This document shows positions 28,353 to 38,371 of a stretch of 64,000 nucleotides of DNA, piece by piece. Source of the DNA: a virus (lineage: Duplodnaviria; Caudoviricetes); the IMG/VR virus record IMGVR_UViG_3300033069_001378, positions 1 to 64,000 of that record; one strand, given 5' to 3'. The position numbers and the translations under genes were made by a program. Within the stretch, counting starts at the first letter, position 1. Every line of letters begins with the position of its first letter. The notes under the pieces were generated by a model. It ran no database searches and had not been told where the DNA came from. It saw only the letters and a program-made list of their open reading frames with translations.

Positions 28353-28747
28353 ACAATCTTTCTAATCCATTCAAGTTCACTTGCCATGAGCAAGAGCTTG
28401 CGTTCCTTTAGTGTGTTTCCGTTTGCAACCTTAACATGAGTAGCGACCTCAATAAACCATTCGTTGACAGGTTTTGGTTCTTTCCAAACACGAGTAACGA
28501 TACCCTTAACTGTGCGGCTTTCGGGAGTTTCAAACTCTCCTGCGTTAAAGCGCGTAAAGGTAGTTGACTTTGGGTTGGTAATGCCGAAATCTCGTGGATC
28601 CTTGAATTCAAGCTCCACAACATCGGACATTAGAATATCTAAACTATCGAAAGCTTGTTCGATGACTTGCTGATTTCCAAGAGGAGGCTCAGAGTCTCGT
28701 TGCTTTACGATGTTCTTGAAGAACGATTTGAGAGAGTCTATCACCAT
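28349..28747 (-). CDS. hypothetical protein
   Basis: start after promoter. Confidence 0.7.
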   Translation of the reverse strand: MVIDSLKSFFKNIVKQRDSEPPLGNQQVIEQAFDSLDILMSDVVELEFKDPRDFGITNPKSTTFTRFNAGEFETPESRTVKGIVTRVWKEPKPVNEWFIEVATHVKVANGNTLKERKLLLMASELEWIRKIV

Positions 28748-28756
28748 GATTCATAC

Positions 28757-28786
28757 ATCTTACATCAGATATGGGTAATAGTAAAC
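28757..28786 (-). promoter_or_regulatory. early promoter; near-leaderless
   Basis: GTTTACT-17-TAAGAT, 9 nt, ATG28747. Confidence 0.7.
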
Positions 28787-28815
28787 AGTCAAGTCGATTT
28801 ATCTATATTATATGA

Positions 28816-29931
28816 TCAATATTCGTCAGAAAATCGATCATCATCGACAGAAACTTCCATCAAAGTTCCATTCAGAACCAGTTGGATCAAAGCAGGTACA
28901 GCAGAACTCCAGTCAAGCTTGTTCGAAAGCATTGGCTTCGCTCCAGCGGCACGATTGACAGCAACCGTGATATGAGGCACGTTGTTAGAGCTTTGAATCT
29001 CTTGACGAGGAAGGTTAACCCCAACAGCAGCAACAAGGCTATCCTGTGCAATGTTTGTGATATGGATAGGGAAGGTCTGTCCAATCAAAGACCGATCTCC
29101 CTTGAACTTACCCAAGTTGATTGTAACGTGGTGTGCAAGGATCTCCCAACCATTCGCAAACGTATCAACATCATCCTTGACAAAGTTGACGAGCTTGTTG
29201 TGGTCAGCACGAGACAACACAAGACCCGTGTAAGAAACACTGTTCTTACCCGGACCCGGAGTTGCAGTTAGAACCGATGGAGAAGAGGAGGATTGCTCAG
29301 CAAGCGTTGGATTCATAACAAGATTCTCAATCGTCTTTTGAAGCTCTTCAAGTGCCTGTGAAGCATTTGGAGTATGATAAAGGATTGCGGTACCTCCAGC
29401 AGCGTTGAAAGGATCAACGTACTTCTCTCGATCATCGATCAAGATATTCCGAGGATCTCCCTTTGCAAACTTGAACTTGTCCTTCGTGCAGTTGAACGAC
29501 TGATACATGCCAGGGAAGTTCTTCTCCATCCATAGCTGCTTCTCTTCCGCACATTGCTTGTTGGAATCCATTGGTGCCGTCAGAATATGAGGCTTCTTGC
29601 CTGTAAGGTGCATGACACCCTCAAACAAGTCCATAGCTCCAGGCAGAACGGGAAGGTTGAGAAAGAAATGCTCAGCGTTTGCCAAAGCATACTTCCTGCT
29701 GTTCACGTTATGATAAGCAACCTTCAATGCCTTCATCTTCGGATCGGTCTGTGGACCCTTAACAATGGTCTTGATTCGGTCCATCGATAGGTTTTCATAC
29801 TGCGGACCAAAGCTAGCCAGCAGTTGTGCAAAATCCTTCTTTAGCTTCTTCAAGTAGCCATCGTGATCGATTCGACCATCAAAGTCCGCAAGAACTCCGT
29901 CCATATCGAGATAGACTTCAAAATCTGTCAT
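28816..29931 (-). CDS. HAD 5'(3')-nucleotidase fused to a 2H phosphoesterase
   Basis: LDMDGVLADF, ILTAP, LIDDR; C-terminal HHVTI and PHITV (2H, tRNA-ligase CPD-like). Confidence 0.85.
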   Translation of the reverse strand: MTDFEVYLDMDGVLADFDGRIDHDGYLKKLKKDFAQLLASFGPQYENLSMDRIKTIVKGPQTDPKMKALKVAYHNVNSRKYALANAEHFFLNLPVLPGAMDLFEGVMHLTGKKPHILTAPMDSNKQCAEEKQLWMEKNFPGMYQSFNCTKDKFKFAKGDPRNILIDDREKYVDPFNAAGGTAILYHTPNASQALEELQKTIENLVMNPTLAEQSSSSPSVLTATPGPGKNSVSYTGLVLSRADHNKLVNFVKDDVDTFANGWEILAHHVTINLGKFKGDRSLIGQTFPIHITNIAQDSLVAAVGVNLPRQEIQSSNNVPHITVAVNRAAGAKPMLSNKLDWSSAVPALIQLVLNGTLMEVSVDDDRFSDEY

Positions 29932-29970
29932 TTAGTTTTCCTGTATCTTCATTTTTGGCTGTAAAGCAAG

Positions 29971-30000
29971 ATTGTAGCAGAAGATTTCTATAATGTAAAC
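29971..30000 (-). promoter_or_regulatory. early promoter (leadered)
   Basis: GTTTACA-17-TACAAT with TGc; AGGA SD downstream. Confidence 0.8.
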
Positions 30001-30003
30001 CAT

Positions 30004-33000
30004 TCAGCCGCATTTGCTGTTGCCGCAGGACGTGCATGACAAACAGCCTTCAATATAGGCAAGATCGTCAGAGCCACAGTTCTCGCACTTCTTTCTTGTC
30101 TTGGTTCCATCTTTGATGTAGCCCTTTAGAACTCTCATGAGTCCCTTACCAAGAGAGAAGAGATTGTTATCCTTACTTGCACCCTTTTCAATTTGTTCAA
30201 CAACGTATTGAACAGGAACTCCATGACGAAGAGCAAGAGACACGGTTCTTGTGAACGCACTCTCAGAAGAGTTTTCAAATACCTTGGCAAGATCCTTTAC
30301 AATGATTTGATCGTCGCCTTCACCAATCAAAACGTTATAGGTTCCATTCTTGTGAATGATTCCCTTCTTTCTTGACTTTGGTATATGGACATATTCTGAC
30401 CGACCTGCAAAGATTTCGTATGGCTTGTCTTCATAAAGACCAACGAACGCATTCCACTTTTCTCCACCAACGGTGATATGGAAAATATCGCATTCAAGAT
30501 CTGTTGGACGCTTTGGAGCATGATGTTCGACAAACTTGCCGTTATCTCGCTCCGAATCAAGTTCAACAGGGTTTGCAACAGGCTTCTCTGTTACAAGCAC
30601 GCCATCTCTGCAACCATCTCTGTAGATTGTGACACCCTTACAGCCAGTCTCCCAACCTGTCATGTAGATATCCTTAACGGTATCCACAGTTGTTTCAGCA
30701 GGAATGTTTGTTGTGTTTGAAATGCTGTGACAAATCCAACGTTGAGCAGCAGCTTGTGCTTTTACCTTAGCGACCCAATCAATGTCATTGGCTCTTGCCT
30801 TGCAGTATGGACTATCTTCAATGGATTCCTTGCCGGATACTTCCATCCACTTCTTGTATTGATGATGATAGACCTTATATTCTTGCCACTTATCTCCAAG
30901 AGCATCAACGAAGTCAACTCTTGCATCCTTGTCATTTGGATTAATCTTCTTACGACGCTTGTAAACAACTTCAAACGCAGGCTCAATTCCAGAGGTAGTT
31001 TGAGTTAGAACGCTTACAGAACCAGCAGGAGCAGTAGTTGTGAGAGCAATGTTTCTGCGACCATAGCGTTTCCAATCTTCTTTAAGGTCTGGATCGAGGT
31101 CCATGATTCTGTTAATGAAAGGATGATCCTTCTCAAGTTCGTAATCAAAAACAGGGAATGCGCCTCTTTCTCCAGCCAATTCAACGGTTGCACGATAAGC
31201 GTTAAGGGCAAGGTACTTATAGATTTCCTCTATTTGTCCAATGGATTCCTCGGAACCATAACGAATATTGAGGGCAGCAAGTGTATCACCTATTGCGGTA
31301 ACTCCAAGACCTGTTCGACGACCATCAACGGCAGACTTACGAATCTTGTTCCATAGGTTAACTTCAATCCTTTTGACGTCATCTGGCTCTGGATCTGCTT
31401 GAATCTTGGCAAGAATCTTGTCAACGCACTCAAGTTCAAGGTCAATCATATCGTCCATGAGTCTTTGTGCGAGAATAACAACCTTTCCATAAGCATCGTA
31501 GTCAAACTTTGCTTCTGGTGTGAATGGTTTCTCTACGAAAGATAGAGTGTTCACAAGCAGCAAACGACAGCTATCGTATGGGCTAAGGGTGATTTCACCA
31601 CATTGGAATACATGTATGCCACTGTATGAAGTCTCTCCCTTGTTGTTTTGTTTTTGACTTGTAACAATTGAAACTGTATGATTGTCATCAACCGTGATGT
31701 TGTACACATCATGTAGACCTTCAAGTTCAACAACAGAAACTACTTTGTGATTGTAGTTTGTTCCTGCTTCTTGTACTTCTTTCCAATTTTGGAATCCGTA
31801 TTTTGTCTTTAGTCTGTATGACACGTTTTCTTGTTTGCAAGCTTGTTCCCATTCCTTCATCAATGGTTTACGACTAAGATCAAACTTTAGTTTTGAAAAC
31901 AATTGAGCTTGCTTGATCTTTATTGAATCAAGTTTTGCCTTATATGTTTGATTTAATGTATTTGTTCTTGCTGAGTTGATATCTTTGTTATTGTTGATAT
32001 ATACCAAAGAACACGCTTGAGAGCAGAATGAAGCTTCTCTTTGTAGATGATTAATTGAAAATGTTGAGTCACAAATCTCACAAGTTTTTTCTACAAAAAC
32101 CTGACTGTCAACAATGTTAGCCACATAGCCTTGAGATAACATATTTTGCAATGTCTTGACAACTCTTGGATCGGCATCAATGTGATCGTAGCCAAGCTCA
32201 ATGGCACATAGTTTTGCCAACTCTACTGGATTAGTTGCAAGCGTTTTCCTAAAATCAGTAAAGCTAACGGGTAGCTCATTTTCAGATGCAAACAATTCCC
32301 ATTCTTTTGCACTAAAACGTCTACCAAGTGCCTTGGTTAGCTCTATGGCTTTGCTCTTGATTTGTTCATTTGTCACAGAATATGAATTGCCGTTTGCGAA
32401 ACCTTTGCAATCGTGCTCGGCGTGATATTGTTGATGCTCTTTAAATGTCATTATTTCAAGATTATCTGGACTATTGTTAAGTCCGTTATAATCCTTATGA
32501 TGCACAACAAGTCCGCCAGTGTTTGCCCAACCAGACTTTTTCGAGTTTTCATAGACACTATTCCACTTTTCTGGATTGTTGTATTGAGCAATCAAACGAT
32601 GTTCAAAAATCTTATTGGACGCTGCGTCATTTGTATTACAGTATATACGGTAATAGCTCTTTCCACCTTGTTTAACGGGCTCAATAGCTTTTGTAAATCT
32701 TGGAAGACTATCTCCAGACAGCAAGTCTCTAGCTTGCTTTCTTGTTCCATCTTTTAACAAGAACTCGTGGTTTGGAGTAACATCTAAATGCGATCCATCA
32801 TCCAGCAACACTCTAACAAGCTTTTGATTATAACCAGTTACTCTTGGATTGCGACCCATCTTAATTTCAACCAAACCAGTAGAAGGATTCAAAGAGTACA
32901 CAGGTACGTCTTTTCCTTCATCTGCTAGTTGTTTAATGGAAACTGCATTTCTTCCGTCTGCAACAGCAATAAGTGTGTTTGCTTCAAAACAAGGATTTGT

Positions 33001-33894
33001 GCTAACTGTTTGGAATTGTTCGTAGATATCGGCAGGAGATTCTCTCTTGACCGTATCCCAAAACAACAATCCTGGCTCTGCACTGGAATGAGCGGACTCA
33101 ATGATTTGATCCCAAATGTTCTTTGCGTCAATCAAATCCGATACTTGTGGATTCTCTTTCTCATCAACAGGGAATCTAACTTGGTACTTCTCTCCACTCT
33201 TAACGGCATTCATGAACTCATCGGAAAGTCTTATGGAAATGTTTGCTCCGGTAACTTTCTTGAGATCTCTTTTGATGTTAATGAAGGTTTCAATCTCAGG
33301 ATGATGCACCGAAATAGAAAGCATCAAAGCTCCTCTACGACCACCTTGAGCAACTTCTCTACATGTATTTGAAAACCTTTCCATGAAGATTCCGATGCCA
33401 TCGGTAGTCTTGGCTGCATTGTTGGTTGCGATGCCTCTAGGACGTATTGTAGAGATATCAAAACCCACTCCACCACGACGCTTCATTAGCTGTGCTTCTT
33501 CTTGGTCTGTCTTAAGAAGACCACCATAGGAATCATATGGAGACTCAATAACGAAACAGTTAGAAAGACTCACTGTTTGATAAGGATTTCCAATGCCTGC
33601 CATTGGAGAACCCTGCGGAACAATGTACTTGAAGCCCTTGAATGATTCGTATATCTCATTCTCAGAACGTGGTCTTGGATATTTCTGTTCAATTCTGGCA
33701 AACTCTTTTGCCATTCTCTTGTGCATCTCATCAGGAGTTTCTTCAAGAATATCTCCTTCTGGAGTTGTTAATGCATACTTTCCAAGAAATACTTGTGCCG
33801 CAAGTTCGTCTCCTACAAAATATTCTTTTGACTTCTTAAGAGCTTCTTGATAGTGCTCTTTCTTTGTGTCTACATTGTTTTCCGCTAAACCCAT
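30004..33894 (-). CDS. nrdJ: class II (B12-dependent) ribonucleotide reductase with intein
   Basis: LSNCFV, GGRRGALM, TNP/CGE, RRTGLG, APAGS, SGIEP, KGVTIYRDG, C-terminal CENC..CTSC. Confidence 0.93.
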   Translation of the reverse strand: MGLAENNVDTKKEHYQEALKKSKEYFVGDELAAQVFLGKYALTTPEGDILEETPDEMHKRMAKEFARIEQKYPRPRSENEIYESFKGFKYIVPQGSPMAGIGNPYQTVSLSNCFVIESPYDSYGGLLKTDQEEAQLMKRRGGVGFDISTIRPRGIATNNAAKTTDGIGIFMERFSNTCREVAQGGRRGALMLSISVHHPEIETFINIKRDLKKVTGANISIRLSDEFMNAVKSGEKYQVRFPVDEKENPQVSDLIDAKNIWDQIIESAHSSAEPGLLFWDTVKRESPADIYEQFQTVSTNPCFEANTLIAVADGRNAVSIKQLADEGKDVPVYSLNPSTGLVEIKMGRNPRVTGYNQKLVRVLLDDGSHLDVTPNHEFLLKDGTRKQARDLLSGDSLPRFTKAIEPVKQGGKSYYRIYCNTNDAASNKIFEHRLIAQYNNPEKWNSVYENSKKSGWANTGGLVVHHKDYNGLNNSPDNLEIMTFKEHQQYHAEHDCKGFANGNSYSVTNEQIKSKAIELTKALGRRFSAKEWELFASENELPVSFTDFRKTLATNPVELAKLCAIELGYDHIDADPRVVKTLQNMLSQGYVANIVDSQVFVEKTCEICDSTFSINHLQREASFCSQACSLVYINNNKDINSARTNTLNQTYKAKLDSIKIKQAQLFSKLKFDLSRKPLMKEWEQACKQENVSYRLKTKYGFQNWKEVQEAGTNYNHKVVSVVELEGLHDVYNITVDDNHTVSIVTSQKQNNKGETSYSGIHVFQCGEITLSPYDSCRLLLVNTLSFVEKPFTPEAKFDYDAYGKVVILAQRLMDDMIDLELECVDKILAKIQADPEPDDVKRIEVNLWNKIRKSAVDGRRTGLGVTAIGDTLAALNIRYGSEESIGQIEEIYKYLALNAYRATVELAGERGAFPVFDYELEKDHPFINRIMDLDPDLKEDWKRYGRRNIALTTTAPAGSVSVLTQTTSGIEPAFEVVYKRRKKINPNDKDARVDFVDALGDKWQEYKVYHHQYKKWMEVSGKESIEDSPYCKARANDIDWVAKVKAQAAAQRWICHSISNTTNIPAETTVDTVKDIYMTGWETGCKGVTIYRDGCRDGVLVTEKPVANPVELDSERDNGKFVEHHAPKRPTDLECDIFHITVGGEKWNAFVGLYEDKPYEIFAGRSEYVHIPKSRKKGIIHKNGTYNVLIGEGDDQIIVKDLAKVFENSSESAFTRTVSLALRHGVPVQYVVEQIEKGASKDNNLFSLGKGLMRVLKGYIKDGTKTRKKCENCGSDDLAYIEGCLSCTSCGNSKCG
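31603..32991 (-). mobile_element. intein (463 aa) with HNH endonuclease, C-terminal Gln
   Basis: TNP|CFEANTLIAVADG...VTPNHEF...HHKDYNGLNNSPDNL...DVYNITVDDNH...GIHVFQ|CGE. Confidence 0.92.
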
Positions 33895-33943
33895 GGTAAG
33901 TACCTCTAATATGTGGTGTTATGTTAATCTTCTGTTGTATTTT

Positions 33944-35425
33944 TTATTGAATGATACCGTTGCTGCCAGAGGATTGCATATATTTTCTTGCGTTCATCCT
34001 TCTGATTGTGTCCAACGATTGCTCTTCTTCTTGTGTTTGTAAATCTATATCTCGGCTTGACATTTCTTCTTCTGTCAATACTCTTATTCTTGATCTTGCT
34101 GTATCTATGTGTCCGTTGAAGGTTAGACCGTCTCTACCTGCACGGTTCTTTGCAATGTGTAGAGTGCAGTATCCGCTTGATTTGATCTTTGTTGGTCTTG
34201 CAATACCAAGAATAAAGTCTGCAACGTGTGCTTGTGCAAATGCTTCTGCAAGATTTGTCATATCAATGATCTCTGCGTTTGCACCTTCTTTATTTGCTTG
34301 AAGGGCAGTCCATACAGGAACGTCGAGTTCTCCAGCGAATCCTCTTAGTTCTTCGCAGATTTTCTTCAACTCAAGGCGAAGCAACTCATAGCGTTCGGTT
34401 GAACGCATGATACCTGCATAGTCAACGATAACCAAATCTGGTCTGAAGTTCTGTGAAGCAAGCTTATCCAAATGGGAACGTAACGTAGACACGGTAGCTC
34501 CTCCGGTTGGATAATACTTGATACGAAGCTTACCAAGTGAATCTTGGTTGTCCTTGTAGAACTTTGAGATAAGGTCTTGATATTGGTAACAATCTGAGGA
34601 GTTGATATCCATAAGATGCGAGTCGAAACGAATACCTGTCATTCTCTCGTTGAGTTCCAAGGTGTAGTAAACAACGTTCTTGCCCTGCAAGAGAGCTTGC
34701 GAACCCATGTGAACGAGAGCATGTGACTTACCTACACCAGAGGCAGCAACAATGAAACCAAGCTCACCAGCACCAAGACCTCCGTTAAGGATTTCTCTTT
34801 GGTCGAGCTCTTTGATTCCTGTTGCAATGGTTCTGCGATAGGTTTCTGAGTATCTTGCAGCAATATCTTCAAACAAGTCAAGACCAACGGTGTTTTCATT
34901 ACCAGCGGAAGCTGCCTTCTTAACTTCATCAAAGATCTTGTCTTGATCTTCAAGCTTATCGGAATTTGCCAACTCAACACAACGAATCAATGCCTTATGG
35001 ATAGCAGAACGCTTGCAGAACTTAAGAGCTTGGTCTTTAACATAAGGAAGGTCTGTCAAGTCCTTGTCTGACTTGATTCTTCCAAGGAAGAACTCTTTGA
35101 CCTGATCCTTTAGAATGGAGTCAGCACCAGTCTCTTTTAGATTCTTGGCAATGATTTGAGATAATAGTTCAGCAGTTGGAAACTCTTTGTACTTCGTGTA
35201 ATAGCGTGTGTATTCGCTTGTGATAAGCTTTAGGTACGCATATTGGAAATATTCTACCTCAAGAACTTCGCAGAACTGTGATGCCCACATTCTGTCTACT
35301 ATCATGGCTTGGACAATCTTCTCTTGGAAGGATTTGTCAAATGAGAACTTCTTTGTTGTTGCTGCCGTGTCGTTCGTGTTTGTTGTTGATGATGATGATG
35401 TTTGTGTTATTGATGATGTTGTCAT
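33944..35425 (-). CDS. DnaB/gp41-like replicative helicase
   Basis: AASGVGKS, YTLEL, IVDYA, WTALQANKEG, AKNRAG. Confidence 0.92.
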   Translation of the reverse strand: MTTSSITQTSSSSTTNTNDTAATTKKFSFDKSFQEKIVQAMIVDRMWASQFCEVLEVEYFQYAYLKLITSEYTRYYTKYKEFPTAELLSQIIAKNLKETGADSILKDQVKEFFLGRIKSDKDLTDLPYVKDQALKFCKRSAIHKALIRCVELANSDKLEDQDKIFDEVKKAASAGNENTVGLDLFEDIAARYSETYRRTIATGIKELDQREILNGGLGAGELGFIVAASGVGKSHALVHMGSQALLQGKNVVYYTLELNERMTGIRFDSHLMDINSSDCYQYQDLISKFYKDNQDSLGKLRIKYYPTGGATVSTLRSHLDKLASQNFRPDLVIVDYAGIMRSTERYELLRLELKKICEELRGFAGELDVPVWTALQANKEGANAEIIDMTNLAEAFAQAHVADFILGIARPTKIKSSGYCTLHIAKNRAGRDGLTFNGHIDTARSRIRVLTEEEMSSRDIDLQTQEEEQSLDTIRRMNARKYMQSSGSNGIIQ

Positions 35426-35467
35426 GAAATTACCTATAATCTACTGCTGTTCTCTATGCTGTTGTGA

Positions 35468-35497
35468 ACCCTAACACGACGACAAAAATCTGTAAAC
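35468..35497 (-). promoter_or_regulatory. weak early-type promoter for helicase
   Basis: GTTTACA-17-TAGGGT with TG extension. Confidence 0.5.
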
Positions 35498-35674
35498 CAA
35501 CTCTTGTTAGGAATGACTTACAGACTCATGGGGTTGAGATAAAGAGTACGCTCAAAGAGAAACTTCTGTGAAAAAGTTTATCTAAATTCACTTTTCTTGA
35601 AATGAAGAATCTGCCTATTTTATAGGCAGAAAATAATGAAAAAAATGTTATGAAAAACTGTCTACAAGATCTAA

Positions 35675-36817
35675 TTAGCTCGTTGCTGTGGCACCAAGTT
35701 GTTGAAGCTCAAGAGCGAAACGATTGATATCGAAATCGAAGTTGATTCCTTCTTGGACCAAGAACTTCATAAGAGCAAGCTGATCTCTGTGTGGTGTGTA
35801 GTTCTCAACAATGTTGTCAATCTTTTGGATTTGGTCCCAACTCATGATGGAACTGTTCAAATACATAAGCTTCCAGTTTCTCTTAACGATTTCTTCACAA
35901 GAAAGAACGTCTTTGTAGATTCTTGGTGCCTTCTTCTTCTTTACCTTAACCTCTACAATTGCCTTCTTCTTGTTGACCTTGCGCTCTTCGACCATAAGGA
36001 AATCTTTGTTGGTCTGACACTCGGTCATGATATCGTCAATGGTTAGGTCCACATCTTGTCGTTTAAGGCTCGTGAAGCGCCCTGCAAGGCTCTTGAACCC
36101 TACGCCCGGTACGCCTGGTATGTTGTCGCTGTCATCGCCTACAATGGCTTTTGCGAGGCAGTAATTGCGTGCCGAGATATCATAGGTTTCCAAAACGGTC
36201 TTATGGTCAATGAATGCTTTCTTTGCTGGATCAAAGATGACAACGTTTGGATCGTCGAGTAACTGATAATAGTCCTTGTCTGTTGAGACAATGACCTTGC
36301 GGTAGTTCTCATAAGGGGTCTTCTTACCATACTTCTCCTTTGCGAGATAACCGATAATGTCATCGCCTTCAACGTCCTTAACAAATACCTGGCACACAGG
36401 CATGGTCTTAAGGATTCCCGTTAGAAGAACAAGCTGCTTTACCTTTGTGTCTTCATCATACTTCAAGCCATCCTTGATTGACTTTGAAGTTGAAGTATGC
36501 TTCATGGTGCTTGCCAAGTCCTTCATCTTCATTCGGTTGGCTTTATAGCCTGGGAATATGTGCTTTCTTCTTGGTGAGCCTCCACCCATTTCAAAAGCTG
36601 TTATTACCTTAACGGGTCTTGTTAGGTTGACAACCATTCTAAGGCTCTTGAGGAATCCTACGGTGCCTCCGATTGGTTCTGACTTGTTGTTTATGGACTC
36701 GTTGACCATATAGCTTCGAATGAACATGTTCATTGAATCGACAAGCAATATGGTTTTCTGTCCGTTGAGATTTACATTTGGTTCTGGAATTGTTGTTTTT
36801 GACAAAGTATTGATCAT
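35675..36817 (-). CDS. 5'-3' exonuclease / flap endonuclease (Pol I N-terminal, T4 RNase H-like)
   Basis: LLVDSMN, YKANR, EGDDIIG, STDKDYYQL, GDDSDNIPGVPGVG. Confidence 0.92.
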   Translation of the reverse strand: MINTLSKTTIPEPNVNLNGQKTILLVDSMNMFIRSYMVNESINNKSEPIGGTVGFLKSLRMVVNLTRPVKVITAFEMGGGSPRRKHIFPGYKANRMKMKDLASTMKHTSTSKSIKDGLKYDEDTKVKQLVLLTGILKTMPVCQVFVKDVEGDDIIGYLAKEKYGKKTPYENYRKVIVSTDKDYYQLLDDPNVVIFDPAKKAFIDHKTVLETYDISARNYCLAKAIVGDDSDNIPGVPGVGFKSLAGRFTSLKRQDVDLTIDDIMTECQTNKDFLMVEERKVNKKKAIVEVKVKKKKAPRIYKDVLSCEEIVKRNWKLMYLNSSIMSWDQIQKIDNIVENYTPHRDQLALMKFLVQEGINFDFDINRFALELQQLGATATS

Positions 36818-36837
36818 AATAGACAAGTATAGGACAA

Positions 36838-36869
36838 AGAAAAAAGGTTGGACCGTTCAAGTCCAACCT
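36838..36869 (-). terminator. intrinsic terminator
   Basis: AGGTTGGAC/GTCCAACCT stem followed by a T-run on the minus strand. Confidence 0.75.
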
Positions 36870-36910
36870 CATTTTAATCTATATTTTTAGAGTATTTCTT
36901 ATTCTCTTTT

Positions 36911-37114
36911 TCAGTCTTCGCCAACTACCTTAACGATTACTTTCTTGTGAAGGACTGCGCCAACTAGAGCACCAACGAATGCAAGTCCTACTGCCTTGTA
37001 ATCAATGGCAGAAAGGCTTCCACCAACAACCAACGGAGCAAGAGCAGCGGAAGCTGCAACGGTAACTGGACCAACTACATGTGCCTTAACGAAACTAACG
37101 AACTTATTTGACAT
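36911..37114 (-). CDS. small two-TM protein, holin-like
   Basis: GAGGA SD, TACTTA at 37180-37185, two hydrophobic segments, basic tail. Confidence 0.5.
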   Translation of the reverse strand: MSNKFVSFVKAHVVGPVTVAASAALAPLVVGGSLSAIDYKAVGLAFVGALVGAVLHKKVIVKVVGED

Positions 37115-37204
37115 AATATCCTCTTTTACTTTCTATGCGCTTCTTACTTAAGCCATTGCTTGTTTGGAAGCGTTAAGAATAAGTATAGTCATCGAGGACA
37201 AATT

Positions 37205-37480
37205 TTAACAAGTCAAGACTGTTTGAGGATGGAACAAAGGATGGTCTATAGGAGAACAATAGGTTCGATCTAGCAATGATGGTTGATATGGTACTTGTTG
37301 CTTTTCTGTAGTAACAGGAGCAACTGGCACTGGAGGAGCTACCGTCCTGTCTGGAGTCTTCTTCTCAAAGACAAGCTTGAGATGATCCTTGATTATCTGA
37401 ACTTGTTCCTTTGAGAGTTCGGAAGCGTTTGAAAGTTCTACATATCCCTGTAGCCAATAACAAAATTGAGTCTCATCCAT
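37205..37480 (-). CDS. conserved phage hypothetical protein
   Basis: FCYWLQGYVEL...QIIKDHLKLVF.K.TP. Confidence 0.75.
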   Translation of the reverse strand: MDETQFCYWLQGYVELSNASELSKEQVQIIKDHLKLVFEKKTPDRTVAPPVPVAPVTTEKQQVPYQPSLLDRTYCSPIDHPLFHPQTVLTC

Positions 37481-37844
37481 TTAACACCGTTCTTTCTGAT
37501 TGCTGTATTCTGTCGCTTTCTCCATCTATTATGACGGCAACGACATTCTTTAAATCCATTACTATGTATGTTTCTGAATCAATAGTAAGGTTCACTTCAA
37601 ATCCTTTTCTGTATATAACAACCTCACCTGGACCGTACCATTGTGGACTGTTGCCAGTGTTTGCATAGACAACCTTACCTGCTGCCAGTGCCTCAATTCG
37701 TCCTGCTGACTTTGGAATGATTATTCCATTACTGCTCTGTTCATTCTCTTCACTTGTAGCAAGAGACTCCATATCTACAGGAAGTAGTATCAAGTTGTTT
37801 GGTGTTGGAATAGGGACTCTTTTTTTTGTTATTTTGTTAGTCAT
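37473..37844 (-). CDS. groES: GroES-like co-chaperonin
   Basis: PTPNNLIL, SSNGIIIP mobile loop, GKVVYA, GEVVIY, YIVMDLKNVVAVI. Confidence 0.75.
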   Translation of the reverse strand: MTNKITKKRVPIPTPNNLILLPVDMESLATSEENEQSSNGIIIPKSAGRIEALAAGKVVYANTGNSPQWYGPGEVVIYRKGFEVNLTIDSETYIVMDLKNVVAVIIDGESDRIQQSERTVLNG

Positions 37845-37854
37845 AAGAAGAAAC

Positions 37855-38301
37855 TCACTTTACTCCAGAGGAGCCAAAGCCTCCATCCGATCTTGTTGTA
37901 TCTACAAGCTCCTCTACTTCTACAAAGTTGAAATGCTCCACTTGTCTTGGAATAAGCTGTACTGCTCTAACTGGTCCTTCTGCTAGGATATCAGGTTTTA
38001 GGTTGTCAATCTTGATCAAAGGAACCATAACCTCACCTGTGTACTCATGGTCAATGACTCCAACGGAGTTGGCTAGAATATAGCCTGTTTTGATAAGAGA
38101 GCTTCTTGGCACCATATCAAAATACCAACCTGGGTTTGTATGCTGTACTGCAATGCCTGTTGAGTACATCTCTACCTTGCCATTTGTCTTAACAAGCTCA
38201 AGTAGGGTTAGATCAAAACCAGAATCAGACTCTCTAGCTTTGAATGGGGCAACTGCGTCAGGTCTTGTTTTCTTGAATCTTACGGTTTTTGTATCTGTCA
38301 T
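37855..38301 (-). CDS. dut: trimeric dUTPase
   Basis: DSGFDL, PRSS, GVIDHEYTGE, QLI, RSDGGFGSSG; start ATG38301. Confidence 0.93.
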   Translation of the reverse strand: MTDTKTVRFKKTRPDAVAPFKARESDSGFDLTLLELVKTNGKVEMYSTGIAVQHTNPGWYFDMVPRSSLIKTGYILANSVGVIDHEYTGEVMVPLIKIDNLKPDILAEGPVRAVQLIPRQVEHFNFVEVEELVDTTRSDGGFGSSGVK

Positions 38302-38371
38302 TTCGGTTTCCTTTGAATATTTATGTTCCATCTAGACTATCACAAAGAAGAATAAAGGTATAGGAAACACT

